From a virus (Duplodnaviria > Caudoviricetes): DNA of 33,172 nucleotides. Below the pieces are notes generated by a model that had not been told where the DNA came from, searched no databases, and saw only the letters and a program-made list of their open reading frames with translations. Positions 8,744 to 17,403 of this stretch are shown here, in pieces (position 1 is the first letter of the stretch; every line of letters begins with the position of its first letter). The stretch spans positions 1 through 33,172 of IMG/VR virus record IMGVR_UViG_3300029169_000020; one strand, 5' to 3'. The position numbers and the translations under genes are program-made.

Positions 8744-9637
8744 ATGCAGAACTCATTTTTATATAGCGAAGAAGACAACATTTCATCTCTTCCTGAGCAA
8801 AATACACTCGAATGGAAAGAGTGGAGAAAAGACAAAATAGGAGCATCTGACATACCTGTTATCATGGGTGTGTCTCCTTATTCTACACCATACAAGCTGT
8901 GGAAAAAAAAGCTTGGTTTTGAAAAAGAGTTTGTTCATCAGGGTATGAAATTCGGTCTTGAAAATGAAAGCTCAGTTAGAGAGCGTCTACAAATCTTGTA
9001 TAACACAAGAATAGATCACAAAACTTTTGTACATTCAGAAATTCCTTGGGCTATAGCATCGTTAGACGGAATCGATAGTGATAACATCATATATGAAATC
9101 AAAAGTTGTAATGAGAAAGATCACGAGATAGCTAAATCAGGACAAGTACCTGAGAAATACATGCCTCAAGTTCAGTGGCAAATGTTTGTATCTGATGTAA
9201 ATACGTGTAGATATTCAAGCTCTCATAAAGATGATCTTGTTGTCGTTGAAGTACATAAAGATATGGATCTCATTAGGTCATATCTTATAAAGGCCACTGA
9301 GTTTTACGAGCACTTAATCAATTATACAGAGCCGGAACTCACAGAAAAAGATCATTTGATCATTGATAATCCTGAATTTCACATTGTTGCTGCAGATTGG
9401 ATAAAGGCAAAAAAAAACTTAGATGAAGCTAAAAGACAAGAGGCTTCATACAAGAAAAAGCTTACTGAACTTACTGATGACTCAAATTGCGAAGGAGCAG
9501 GAGTTAGATTAACTAGAGTAAAAACTTTAGGAAGCATCGATTGGGATAAGGTTTGCAAAGATCACAAAATAGATAAACTCGACTTAGAGTCGTACAGAAA
9601 GCCGTCCATAGGATATTGGAAAGTTTCTATCATATAG
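8744..9637 (+). CDS. YqaJ/lambda-exonuclease family protein
   Basis: EW..WR...IGASD, ASLDG, YEIK, Y.PQVQWQM motifs; adjacent to bet. Confidence 0.93.
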   Translation: MQNSFLYSEEDNISSLPEQNTLEWKEWRKDKIGASDIPVIMGVSPYSTPYKLWKKKLGFEKEFVHQGMKFGLENESSVRERLQILYNTRIDHKTFVHSEIPWAIASLDGIDSDNIIYEIKSCNEKDHEIAKSGQVPEKYMPQVQWQMFVSDVNTCRYSSSHKDDLVVVEVHKDMDLIRSYLIKATEFYEHLINYTEPELTEKDHLIIDNPEFHIVAADWIKAKKNLDEAKRQEASYKKKLTELTDDSNCEGAGVRLTRVKTLGSIDWDKVCKDHKIDKLDLESYRKPSIGYWKVSII

Positions 9638-9708
9638 ATAAGAAACCTCTAGACAAAAACTTTCTACGTGTCTATTCTTCGGTTCAAAACTCAAAAAAAG
9701 GATCGTAA

Positions 9709-10242
9709 ATGGACACGTTTGTTTGTAGAAAATGTAATACAGAAAAAAACACTACTGAATATCATAAATGTAAAAGTACAAGAGGTCATAGAACCGCTTG
9801 CAAGTCTTGCGTCATAGAGAACACAAAAAAATGGCAATTCGAACACAGAGACATTCTAAAATCAACTGAGCAAAAACGAGAAAGAGATAGGAGATATAAA
9901 AGAGATCAGTATCAAAGACAAATGATAGCAAAACATAAGGAGGCTAAAGAAAACCTTAAGAAAAAGGTTTCTGACCCCAAAAAAATAAATGCTAGACATA
10001 AGCTACACTATATGATCATATCAGGAAAAATAATAAGACCTAGTCATTGTCAAGTTTGTGGTTGCGAAAACAACAGATTACATGGACATCATCATGACTA
10101 TGATAAGCCTCACGATGTTATTTTTGTATGCTGTTCATGTCACGCTTGGATACACAAGAAGTCTGAAGTTAACACATTTGAAAGGGTCTATCAAAGAATA
10201 CCAAACCATATAAAAGAATCTCTTGAACAGGATATTGCTTAA
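9709..10242 (+). CDS. HNH-like endonuclease with N-terminal zinc finger
   Basis: CRKC...CKSC N-terminus; CQVCG...LHGHHHDYDKP..VIFVCCSCH..IH C-terminus; own promoter-like TAGACA-17-TATTCT at about 9649-9677. Confidence 0.75.
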   Translation: MDTFVCRKCNTEKNTTEYHKCKSTRGHRTACKSCVIENTKKWQFEHRDILKSTEQKRERDRRYKRDQYQRQMIAKHKEAKENLKKKVSDPKKINARHKLHYMIISGKIIRPSHCQVCGCENNRLHGHHHDYDKPHDVIFVCCSCHAWIHKKSEVNTFERVYQRIPNHIKESLEQDIA

Positions 10243-11969
10243 GTAGCTGTTGTAATATTTGTCCAAGCTGTACTTCCGTCGGTATTAATATAGGCTCTTG
10301 TGCTAGTGCTGCTTCCGTCCGTTCTTAGATACAACGATCCTTGCGGCGCTGTAATAGATGTGTTTGGACTACCAGATCCTGATATCAACTGTGCTCCGCC
10401 ATTTAACTGAACGCGAGGACCGAATGATCTAACAGTCTGTGTTGTAACGTTAACAGTTGATGATGCGCTATAAAAATTGATCGGGGTATATACAAGTGTT
10501 CCGGCCCCCGTTATAGCATTCGTGTTAGATGATGATGCACTTGAGCCGAAAAAGTTAACAGTGGTTCCTGTTCCAATTGACAACGCAGACGAAGTTCCGG
10601 ATGTTAGTGTACAATACTTAAATGATGATGTTCCTGTTCCGGCTGTAGTTAAGCTTGTAGTGTTTCCGTTTTGATTAGATATCGTGCTGTTATAAACGTC
10701 GTAAGTTCCTGTGCTTGTGGTTGATAAAGGAAACGAGAATCTACAGTTATATATAGCAACTTGAGAAGAGCTTGTGGTAGAAGCTGTAGATGAATTTGCT
10801 GAGTTTCTTATGTTTGTGTTTCTTACATACAAGCTTCCAAAGTTTGCAACAGATCCAGAACCAGAACATTCGAACAACGTTATACCTGTAGCAGATATAT
10901 TTCCGAGACACCCGTCTATAAAAATTCCAGAGGAGCTGCTTGAATTTGTATAGCTTATAGCTGTGTTATCAGCAACATTAAATACACAATTTATAATTCT
11001 TACATATGAGTCATCAGAACCGCTCACAACGATGCTATAGTCACTGTTTGTTGTAAATCGAACATTAGATATGCTGCAAACCCCATCTCCAGAGCTTAAA
11101 GTACACTTTCCTACAATCGTAACTTGTCCGCTGTTAAAATCAGTGCTAATAGAAACTAAGTCTACACCAACTTTCAACGTCAGATCTTCTGTATACGTAC
11201 CTGGGCGTATAATTATAACTTCTCCTGCTGACGCTGCTGTAATTGCAGATTGTATTGTAGTGTGAGTTCCGTAGTCTGAGTCTGGGTCTACTACAAAGCT
11301 AGATGATACAGCTTCTTTTATAGATAAAGTGCTGCCGCTTCCGCTGGTTGATGTGTCTCCAACTCCAATTATATTCCAGTTTCCTGATGTAGGGCTTAAT
11401 GCTCCGCCACTGTCGCCTGTTATCGTTTGACCTACAACAGATCCGTCTAACGAATGTGCTATAGAATTTGTTCCTCCGGTTAGAACTATTCCTGCGCCAA
11501 CAGTTAAGTCTACGTTTCCTGCTCCATCCGGAATAACAGGACTTGTTCCGGCTGGAACCGTAAATGAGTCTATTGCAGCACCTGATCCGCTTAGATCAAA
11601 TGTTAGCTTATTATTTGCAGCATCAGAAGTTACATTTATTCCAGACCCTCCTTCAAGCTGTATGTTTCCTTCTACATCAGTGAAAACTTTAGTTCCAGCT
11701 GTATCAGATAGAGTAACAGTAGGACCTGACGAGCCGGTTGCTATTAATACCCAAACGGCGTTCCCAGATGTGAAGTTTATAAGCTTCCAAAAGTCTCCTT
11801 CCGTTCCAGTTGTAGGGTTTTCAGATACTCTCCATTCAGTCCAAAGTGGAAAGCTATTGTCGCTAGCAAGAGGCTCTCTATTGCTTTGTACACACGGCAC
11901 TACATTTATACGTTTATTTGTATAAGCTAAAGGGTCTTGTAAAGCGCCGGGCACTGCAAATTTAGCCAT
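10239..11969 (-). CDS. Tail fibre/spike with pectin-lyase-like beta-helix
   Basis: Ser/Thr/Gly-rich; TIQSAITAASAGEVIIIRPGTYTEDL beta-helix entry motif; C-terminal GSGSP...APQGSLYLRTDG motif. Confidence 0.8.
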   Translation of the reverse strand: MAKFAVPGALQDPLAYTNKRINVVPCVQSNREPLASDNSFPLWTEWRVSENPTTGTEGDFWKLINFTSGNAVWVLIATGSSGPTVTLSDTAGTKVFTDVEGNIQLEGGSGINVTSDAANNKLTFDLSGSGAAIDSFTVPAGTSPVIPDGAGNVDLTVGAGIVLTGGTNSIAHSLDGSVVGQTITGDSGGALSPTSGNWNIIGVGDTSTSGSGSTLSIKEAVSSSFVVDPDSDYGTHTTIQSAITAASAGEVIIIRPGTYTEDLTLKVGVDLVSISTDFNSGQVTIVGKCTLSSGDGVCSISNVRFTTNSDYSIVVSGSDDSYVRIINCVFNVADNTAISYTNSSSSSGIFIDGCLGNISATGITLFECSGSGSVANFGSLYVRNTNIRNSANSSTASTTSSSQVAIYNCRFSFPLSTTSTGTYDVYNSTISNQNGNTTSLTTAGTGTSSFKYCTLTSGTSSALSIGTGTTVNFFGSSASSSNTNAITGAGTLVYTPINFYSASSTVNVTTQTVRSFGPRVQLNGGAQLISGSGSPNTSITAPQGSLYLRTDGSSTSTRAYINTDGSTAWTNITTAT

Positions 11970-12309
11970 TTTCTAGAGCCTTTCTTTGATCTCTCGTTAA
12001 ATATTCTTTTTTGTTTTTTATCATCTGAAACGTCTGTTTTGACAACGATGTTTCGTTAAACATCTTAAGAAGAACTAGCTTTCTTTTCATTTTTTTGTTT
12101 GTCCATAGCTCTACTGCTCTTTCTTGCCAGGTTTGACCAGAAGATCTCTTATATACTCTTGGTACACCTATTCCTAATTCAGATTGTTCGCACAAACTCC
12201 ATACGCGTTTAGCCCAGCTCTCAAATGTTTCAGTGTCTTCACCCATGAAATATTCTAGAGCTATTTTGTCTTCTTCTTCATACGTAAGAGCTGTATTTTC
12301 TATCTTCAT
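11962..12309 (-). CDS. Hypothetical protein (possible fibre chaperone)
   Basis: 115 aa, translationally coupled between fibre genes. Confidence 0.7.
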   Translation of the reverse strand: MKIENTALTYEEEDKIALEYFMGEDTETFESWAKRVWSLCEQSELGIGVPRVYKRSSGQTWQERAVELWTNKKMKRKLVLLKMFNETSLSKQTFQMIKNKKEYLTRDQRKALENG

Positions 12310-13136
12310 ATCAAAAATCCTGAAACTACTGTTCTCGGGGTTGCTGCACTGCCGAAGATGTCGACTGTTTTTGTGATTCCTGAAACGTCTACTGCTACTT
12401 GTGCAGTGTCTGCAGCGTCCATATCTGTACAGACGCTACAAGACATCGGAAGATTTCCTGCGGGAACTCCCGCTGCATAATTTCCATACGTATAATTTTC
12501 ATTTGAAGTTAAAATTTTTAGACCGGGGGTGTGTGACGCTCCAATATCCTGCAATAAAACAAAAAAGTTTATTTGCAGGTTGCCGTTTGCCGGAGCTGTG
12601 TAAATAGCACCTCCTGACGCGCCTGGTGTGAAATCACCTCCGGTGTCAAAACGCTCTGTTAGAGTTGTTCCTACATCGGTATCTCCTAAAACAAAGTCTG
12701 TCCCATCTCCTGTTTCATCAGAATCAGTTGTTCCTTGGTACGCGTTAAATGCGGATGTTATGCCGCTTCCTTGCTCTTGAAAAGTAGGGAGGGCTGCAGC
12801 GCCGTTGCTTTTAAGTACTTGACCTGATGTTCCTACGCTAGCTATAGATTGATGTTGCGCCGTAGTAGTCGTTCCTCCGCATATCACAGCATATTCAGTT
12901 GATGCACTTCTTCCACTTCCGCCGTTTTCTACCGCTAGATCTGTCGTAAGTACAAGACTATCAGCTGTTAGTTGAGTAACTCCTGTTACATTGTCTGAGT
13001 CGTCGATTAGTACACCGGAGTCTTGTATACCTTTGGCTCCTCCATCTCCTCTAACAACAGAGTTATCAGTTATGTTTGCAGATGATGTAACATCACCTCC
13101 GCTAGATGTAGATCCAAGTTGTGACCAAATAGACAT
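12306..13136 (-). CDS. Tail fibre/adhesin with C1q-like C-terminal domain
   Basis: GTSGQVLKSNG fibre repeat; SAFNAY...FDTGGDF...YTAPANG...DMDAADTA resembles the C1q/TNF-like fold. Confidence 0.7.
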   Translation of the reverse strand: MSIWSQLGSTSSGGDVTSSANITDNSVVRGDGGAKGIQDSGVLIDDSDNVTGVTQLTADSLVLTTDLAVENGGSGRSASTEYAVICGGTTTTAQHQSIASVGTSGQVLKSNGAAALPTFQEQGSGITSAFNAYQGTTDSDETGDGTDFVLGDTDVGTTLTERFDTGGDFTPGASGGAIYTAPANGNLQINFFVLLQDIGASHTPGLKILTSNENYTYGNYAAGVPAGNLPMSCSVCTDMDAADTAQVAVDVSGITKTVDIFGSAATPRTVVSGFLI

Positions 13137-13138
13137 TT

Positions 13139-13462
13139 TTAACCAAACAAGTTTAGGATTATAGTTCCGGTTCCAGATGCTGTTACTTGCTTTATTTGCA
13201 GCTGTACATTTGCCTCAAACAAAGGCTTCGATGATCTCTGCTGCCCGAACCCAGAAATTATTTCAGAAACATTAACAGTTCCGTTGGCTGGCACGCGTAT
13301 ATCATCTTGTGTTGATCCATCTGTAATAAGAACATCAACGTCGGAAGTATTTATAAGAGCGCCACTTAATGTTGAAAATGGTATAACTGCTCCAATATCC
13401 TGAAAGCTAGCTGTTAAAGATGCTGCATCAAAAGTTCTTAGAGCTCTTTTTAGTCTTGTCAT
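13139..13462 (-). CDS. Small beta-rich virion/tail protein
   Basis: 107 aa, coupled within the tail operon. Confidence 0.7.
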   Translation of the reverse strand: MTRLKRALRTFDAASLTASFQDIGAVIPFSTLSGALINTSDVDVLITDGSTQDDIRVPANGTVNVSEIISGFGQQRSSKPLFEANVQLQIKQVTASGTGTIILNLFG

Positions 13463-14229
13463 ATATTCACCTGGTTTTCAGGAACTAAAATAAAATCATA
13501 AGCTGCTGTCATAGACACTGTAGAACCTCCGATGTTTTTTGCTCTCATGCGTATATCTGATTTCGGTGAAAAAATTTTAGATGGAATAAATTGGACTTGA
13601 ATAGTTTGCTGGAAAACTTGAAATATTTGTTTTACTTGGAAAACTTCATTAAGCGGTCTTTCTTCTAACCTAACTTCTATCTGATCCGACTTCGCACAAG
13701 AAGAACTCACATTATTTAAAATCATATAGTATCCATTAGGAACAGTATATTGACTTTTTAAAGTCTGGTTATCTCCTATGGATATACTAGCGTGTGTATA
13801 TCCTGAGGATGAGGATGTTAAAGATATAACCCCTTCATTTGAACCTGTGGAACCTGCTGATCTCACGATTGCTCTATACACTCTTAGATAGCTATTAGAT
13901 GTAGTTACATTAGATGTTCCGTTGAGCGTTACTATTTCGTTTATTTCGTCATAGTTGCTATCTAATCCATATATTTGCAAAGTTCTAGCACCTGACAAAG
14001 CTGTAGCAACACCTTTGTCATTTCCATCGGTTGAAACTGTTATCATTGTTTCAGCTGATGTGAGATACGATTCAGTACCTCCAGCTGCCCAAACGTCTTC
14101 ATAAGACGTTCCAACTGAACCATTGTAAGCAAATTTATTTTGTGATATCCATCCTCTATATTGACCAATAGACGATCCAAATTCTGGGCTAAGCCCAGAA
14201 TAAAGAGGAACAAAACTCGATGAAGTCAT
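13459..14229 (-). CDS. Putative virion structural (tail-associated) protein
   Basis: Beta-rich; GARTLQIYGLD...EIVTLNG...YLRVYR..V and YTVP.G motifs; TAATG-coupled start at 14229 (ORF track 14250). Confidence 0.7.
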   Translation of the reverse strand: MTSSSFVPLYSGLSPEFGSSIGQYRGWISQNKFAYNGSVGTSYEDVWAAGGTESYLTSAETMITVSTDGNDKGVATALSGARTLQIYGLDSNYDEINEIVTLNGTSNVTTSNSYLRVYRAIVRSAGSTGSNEGVISLTSSSSGYTHASISIGDNQTLKSQYTVPNGYYMILNNVSSSCAKSDQIEVRLEERPLNEVFQVKQIFQVFQQTIQVQFIPSKIFSPKSDIRMRAKNIGGSTVSMTAAYDFILVPENQVNI

Positions 14230-15392
14230 TATTGCAATCCAACTTTGCAATCAACCCAATGCCACGTGCCCGGGGTTATTGTTCCATGCAGTCCGTGGAA
14301 AAATGGCATTACGACATCTGCAGCATCAAAAGTAAAAGCTGCTGTTGCCGTTGGAGCAGCACCGTCAATTTCATAAGTTACTACACCTGCAGCACTTACT
14401 AGTATTTTTAATCTGTGTGTTTGTCCGTTTGTCCATGCGTCAGTTGTGTTTGTTGTTGTAACAGAACCCATGTTGAGTCTTGTTTTCAAACTAATCACAG
14501 CTGTTGTATCTGACTCACTAACACCGATCCACGCGAAGTCTGTATAACTCTCTAACGTACTGTTGTTTGCTTCTTGCTTGCGAAATCCTATTCCAACAGG
14601 GTCACAACCTGTGACATCTGCTAACGTAAAATTCCACTCTAAGAAGAACGCTGGTGTTGTACCGATTGTATATGCATGCTTACTATTAGCTCTTGTGCCC
14701 CAATTATATTCAACACCTTCATCATCCGTAAGATCTAAAGAAACTAATAATCCAGCAGCGGCCATACGCGGCGCAATGATTGTCTGCGTTCCAATGTTAT
14801 ACGATTCCATGATTTCGCCGTCTTGGAGCGACATTATATTTGTTGCAGTATCTGTGCCAACCGGTGCCGCGCCTGTAGTCGCAATAGCTTGAAGCACTGG
14901 GTTTTGTGTAAATGTTATATCAGAGCTAGAGTTGATAGATGAGAGCAAACTAGGTGTTATAGCTCTTGTGTTATCCGTACCCGTGAATACTTCGTCTAAT
15001 GTTGCTATTTCAAGAGTTCCACGCTGTGTAGTGCTTGATGCAGTAACAGATCCAGTTAACGTTGAGCCAGATCCAGCAAATAATAATCCGTCTGCTGAGG
15101 TTCCTAGAATATTTATGTTTCCTGATGTAGGGCTTAATGCTCCGCCACTGTCGCCTGTTATCGTTGATATAGCCCCTGTTGCCGATCCTAACAATTCCCA
15201 ATTTGGTGTGGATGCAACTACGCTAGTCAGCTGATAAGATGCATTATTCGTCTTATCTATCCAAATCGTACCAATTTTGTATCTTCTGTCGTTTGCGTTT
15301 GGAGCTCTTGTTGAGATGATGTTTCTCGGCCTTTCTGATGGAACAACTCCTTGGTATACTCCTGGATCTTTTCCGTCTCTGTTATTGCTCAT
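14229..15392 (-). CDS. Tail fibre-like protein with lectin-like beta-sandwich C-terminus
   Basis: N-terminal RAP..ND..Y.IGTIWID; ASSTTQRGTLEIAT..EV.TGTDNTRAITP fibre repeat; GGAGGT SD. Confidence 0.75.
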   Translation of the reverse strand: MSNNRDGKDPGVYQGVVPSERPRNIISTRAPNANDRRYKIGTIWIDKTNNASYQLTSVVASTPNWELLGSATGAISTITGDSGGALSPTSGNINILGTSADGLLFAGSGSTLTGSVTASSTTQRGTLEIATLDEVFTGTDNTRAITPSLLSSINSSSDITFTQNPVLQAIATTGAAPVGTDTATNIMSLQDGEIMESYNIGTQTIIAPRMAAAGLLVSLDLTDDEGVEYNWGTRANSKHAYTIGTTPAFFLEWNFTLADVTGCDPVGIGFRKQEANNSTLESYTDFAWIGVSESDTTAVISLKTRLNMGSVTTTNTTDAWTNGQTHRLKILVSAAGVVTYEIDGAAPTATAAFTFDAADVVMPFFHGLHGTITPGTWHWVDCKVGLQ

Positions 15393-15433
15393 CTGATACC
15401 TCCTAAGATGATTTATGTAGTTATTTTAACACA

Positions 15434-15586
15434 TTAAGATCTTTTTTTCATTCTTTCTCTTCTCTTTTTCTCTTGCTGAAGAATCTGTAAAAGTATCCTC
15501 TGACCTTTCTCTGAGACATCTTTTAGATGGTGGTCCATTTGCTTTTTTATGCTTTCGTCTATCTTTCTTGCTTCACTGCTTTTCAT
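15434..15586 (-). CDS. Small basic protein (50 aa), absent from the ORF track
   Basis: Manual translation MKSSEARKIDESIKKQMDHHLKDVSEKGQRILLQILQQEKKRRERMKKRS; ATGA overlap with the upstream stop. Confidence 0.65.
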   Translation of the reverse strand: MKSSEARKIDESIKKQMDHHLKDVSEKGQRILLQILQQEKKRRERMKKRS

Positions 15587-17403
15587 TGCTGCACTCTTTT
15601 TTTTATCTCTTTCTCAAGCCTTTTCATCGTTGCTGGGTTCTTTAGCTTTAGATTTGATTCTATAGATTCTATCATTTCAACAACATCTTCATCTCTCATC
15701 TGCTTGATGTTCGGTATGATTTCCTTTAGCTGAGACGCTTTTGTTATATTTCTCCCCTTTTTTCTAATTTCTTCAAAAGGCTTGAAGATATCAGATATAA
15801 GAAATGTTCTATCAGCTTCTGCTATAAGATTTTCTTCTACTGTGTAGTCACTATCTCCAACTTTTTCATATGGATACTTATCAGCATTTTTCTTAATAAA
15901 TTTGCTGAATGCAGCACCTACGGACGGATTCTTTTTGTTAAACCATAGACCGAATTTATTTTCGCCTTCTGTTATCGGCTTTGCTTTTCCTCCAGATAAA
16001 TTTTCGAATGTCTCTTTGTCTATATTATCATATGTATATACAGAGCCTCTTTGCTTTGTCTTTGAAGAGGGGGCGAAAACAACTCTAAGTTTATTAGAAT
16101 CAGAGTCATAAAATGCTCCTCTGACATTCGATGATTTCAAAGCCCCTGCTACAGGCTTAACTTTTCTTCTGCTTTTCTTTGTTATTTCTTTTGGTGAAAA
16201 TATTTTTTCATATGCATTATATTCAAAAGAGGGTGTCGCTTGTGGTTGTTCTGGTGTTAAAGACTCTTCTTGTATTGATATATTTTCACTCGGAGTGATT
16301 TTTGATGTTTTTACGTCTTGATCTTCTACTACTGTACTTAATTTTTGTTGTTCTTGTGGCTCTTGTGTTTGATGAATTTGAATATCTTGTTCTAAGGTTA
16401 CTTCTACGGGCTCTTGACTAGCAGTATTTTCATCTGCTTCTTTCTGTTGTGACCTATACCATTCTATGGCTTTTTCTATAACTTCTGGGAACTTTTGTTT
16501 TGATGACTTTTCTATACTTCTTACAGCTTTGTTTCCATAAAGTTTTGATATTGCTCCTCTTATGTCTTCTGAAGATAGCTGATTAGATAGCGCAACAACT
16601 ATCTTGTCCATGTTAGCGTTTCCTAACATGTTGAAGTATTTTTTTCCTTCGTCGTCTTGTTGTTTATTATTACTTATAACTTGTTCTGTATTTTCTACTT
16701 GCTGTTCATTTGGTTGTGGAACAACTGGAGCCTCTATGACTTCTTTCTGTTTCTGCGTTGGATCTTGAAACTCAATCTGTTTCTGTTCTTCTACCAAATT
16801 TGCATCATCTTCATCAGTTAGTGATTGTTCTGTATTTTGATTTCCACTTTTTAATCTTTCATAAAGTTCTTGTGCCGCTTTTACTGTTGCTGATGTTCCA
16901 AGTCCTTTGACTCCTCCTTTGATGATAGATTTAAGGTACTCTCCTAGTGATACTTGTCCTCCTTGGTTTATGTTTTCTTCGTATTTTTTCATTATATCAT
17001 CATATGCTGATGACCCAGCTACTGCTCCTCCTATAGCTCCTGCTGGTCCTCCTAGTAATCCTCCTGCCGCAGCTCCTATAGCTCCTGTTGTGAGCTTATC
17101 CATATCTAGCAGGTCGTTTAGTCTTTTATTACGTATATTTGAAAACTCTTGCTTCTCTGCTTCTGTTCCTTTTCTTGAAATTACTTCTCCTAAAGTTCTT
17201 TGTTGGGAACCTTTAGAATAGTTCTTCAGTGCTTTAGGGGTTGAAAATGAGCTCTGCAGAAAGTTGAGTATCTCATTTGATGTATGTCCTACAGATAGAG
17301 CATATTTTATTTTATCCTCAAATCCTGGCATAGATTTTGCGGCAAAAAGCAAAATATCTTCTGGCGAGTATCCAACCGATGAAGCCATTTTAAATGGGTT
17401 CAT
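15583..17403 (-). CDS. Putative ejection (internal virion) protein with glycine zipper and KTSC domain
   Basis: GAIGAAAGGLLGGPAGAIGGAVAG zipper; SSNVRGAFYD...LRVVF...GSVYTYDNI...SVG..F...IK matches KTSC; ATGA-coupled start 17403. Confidence 0.75.
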   Translation of the reverse strand: MNPFKMASSVGYSPEDILLFAAKSMPGFEDKIKYALSVGHTSNEILNFLQSSFSTPKALKNYSKGSQQRTLGEVISRKGTEAEKQEFSNIRNKRLNDLLDMDKLTTGAIGAAAGGLLGGPAGAIGGAVAGSSAYDDIMKKYEENINQGGQVSLGEYLKSIIKGGVKGLGTSATVKAAQELYERLKSGNQNTEQSLTDEDDANLVEEQKQIEFQDPTQKQKEVIEAPVVPQPNEQQVENTEQVISNNKQQDDEGKKYFNMLGNANMDKIVVALSNQLSSEDIRGAISKLYGNKAVRSIEKSSKQKFPEVIEKAIEWYRSQQKEADENTASQEPVEVTLEQDIQIHQTQEPQEQQKLSTVVEDQDVKTSKITPSENISIQEESLTPEQPQATPSFEYNAYEKIFSPKEITKKSRRKVKPVAGALKSSNVRGAFYDSDSNKLRVVFAPSSKTKQRGSVYTYDNIDKETFENLSGGKAKPITEGENKFGLWFNKKNPSVGAAFSKFIKKNADKYPYEKVGDSDYTVEENLIAEADRTFLISDIFKPFEEIRKKGRNITKASQLKEIIPNIKQMRDEDVVEMIESIESNLKLKNPATMKRLEKEIKKRVQQ

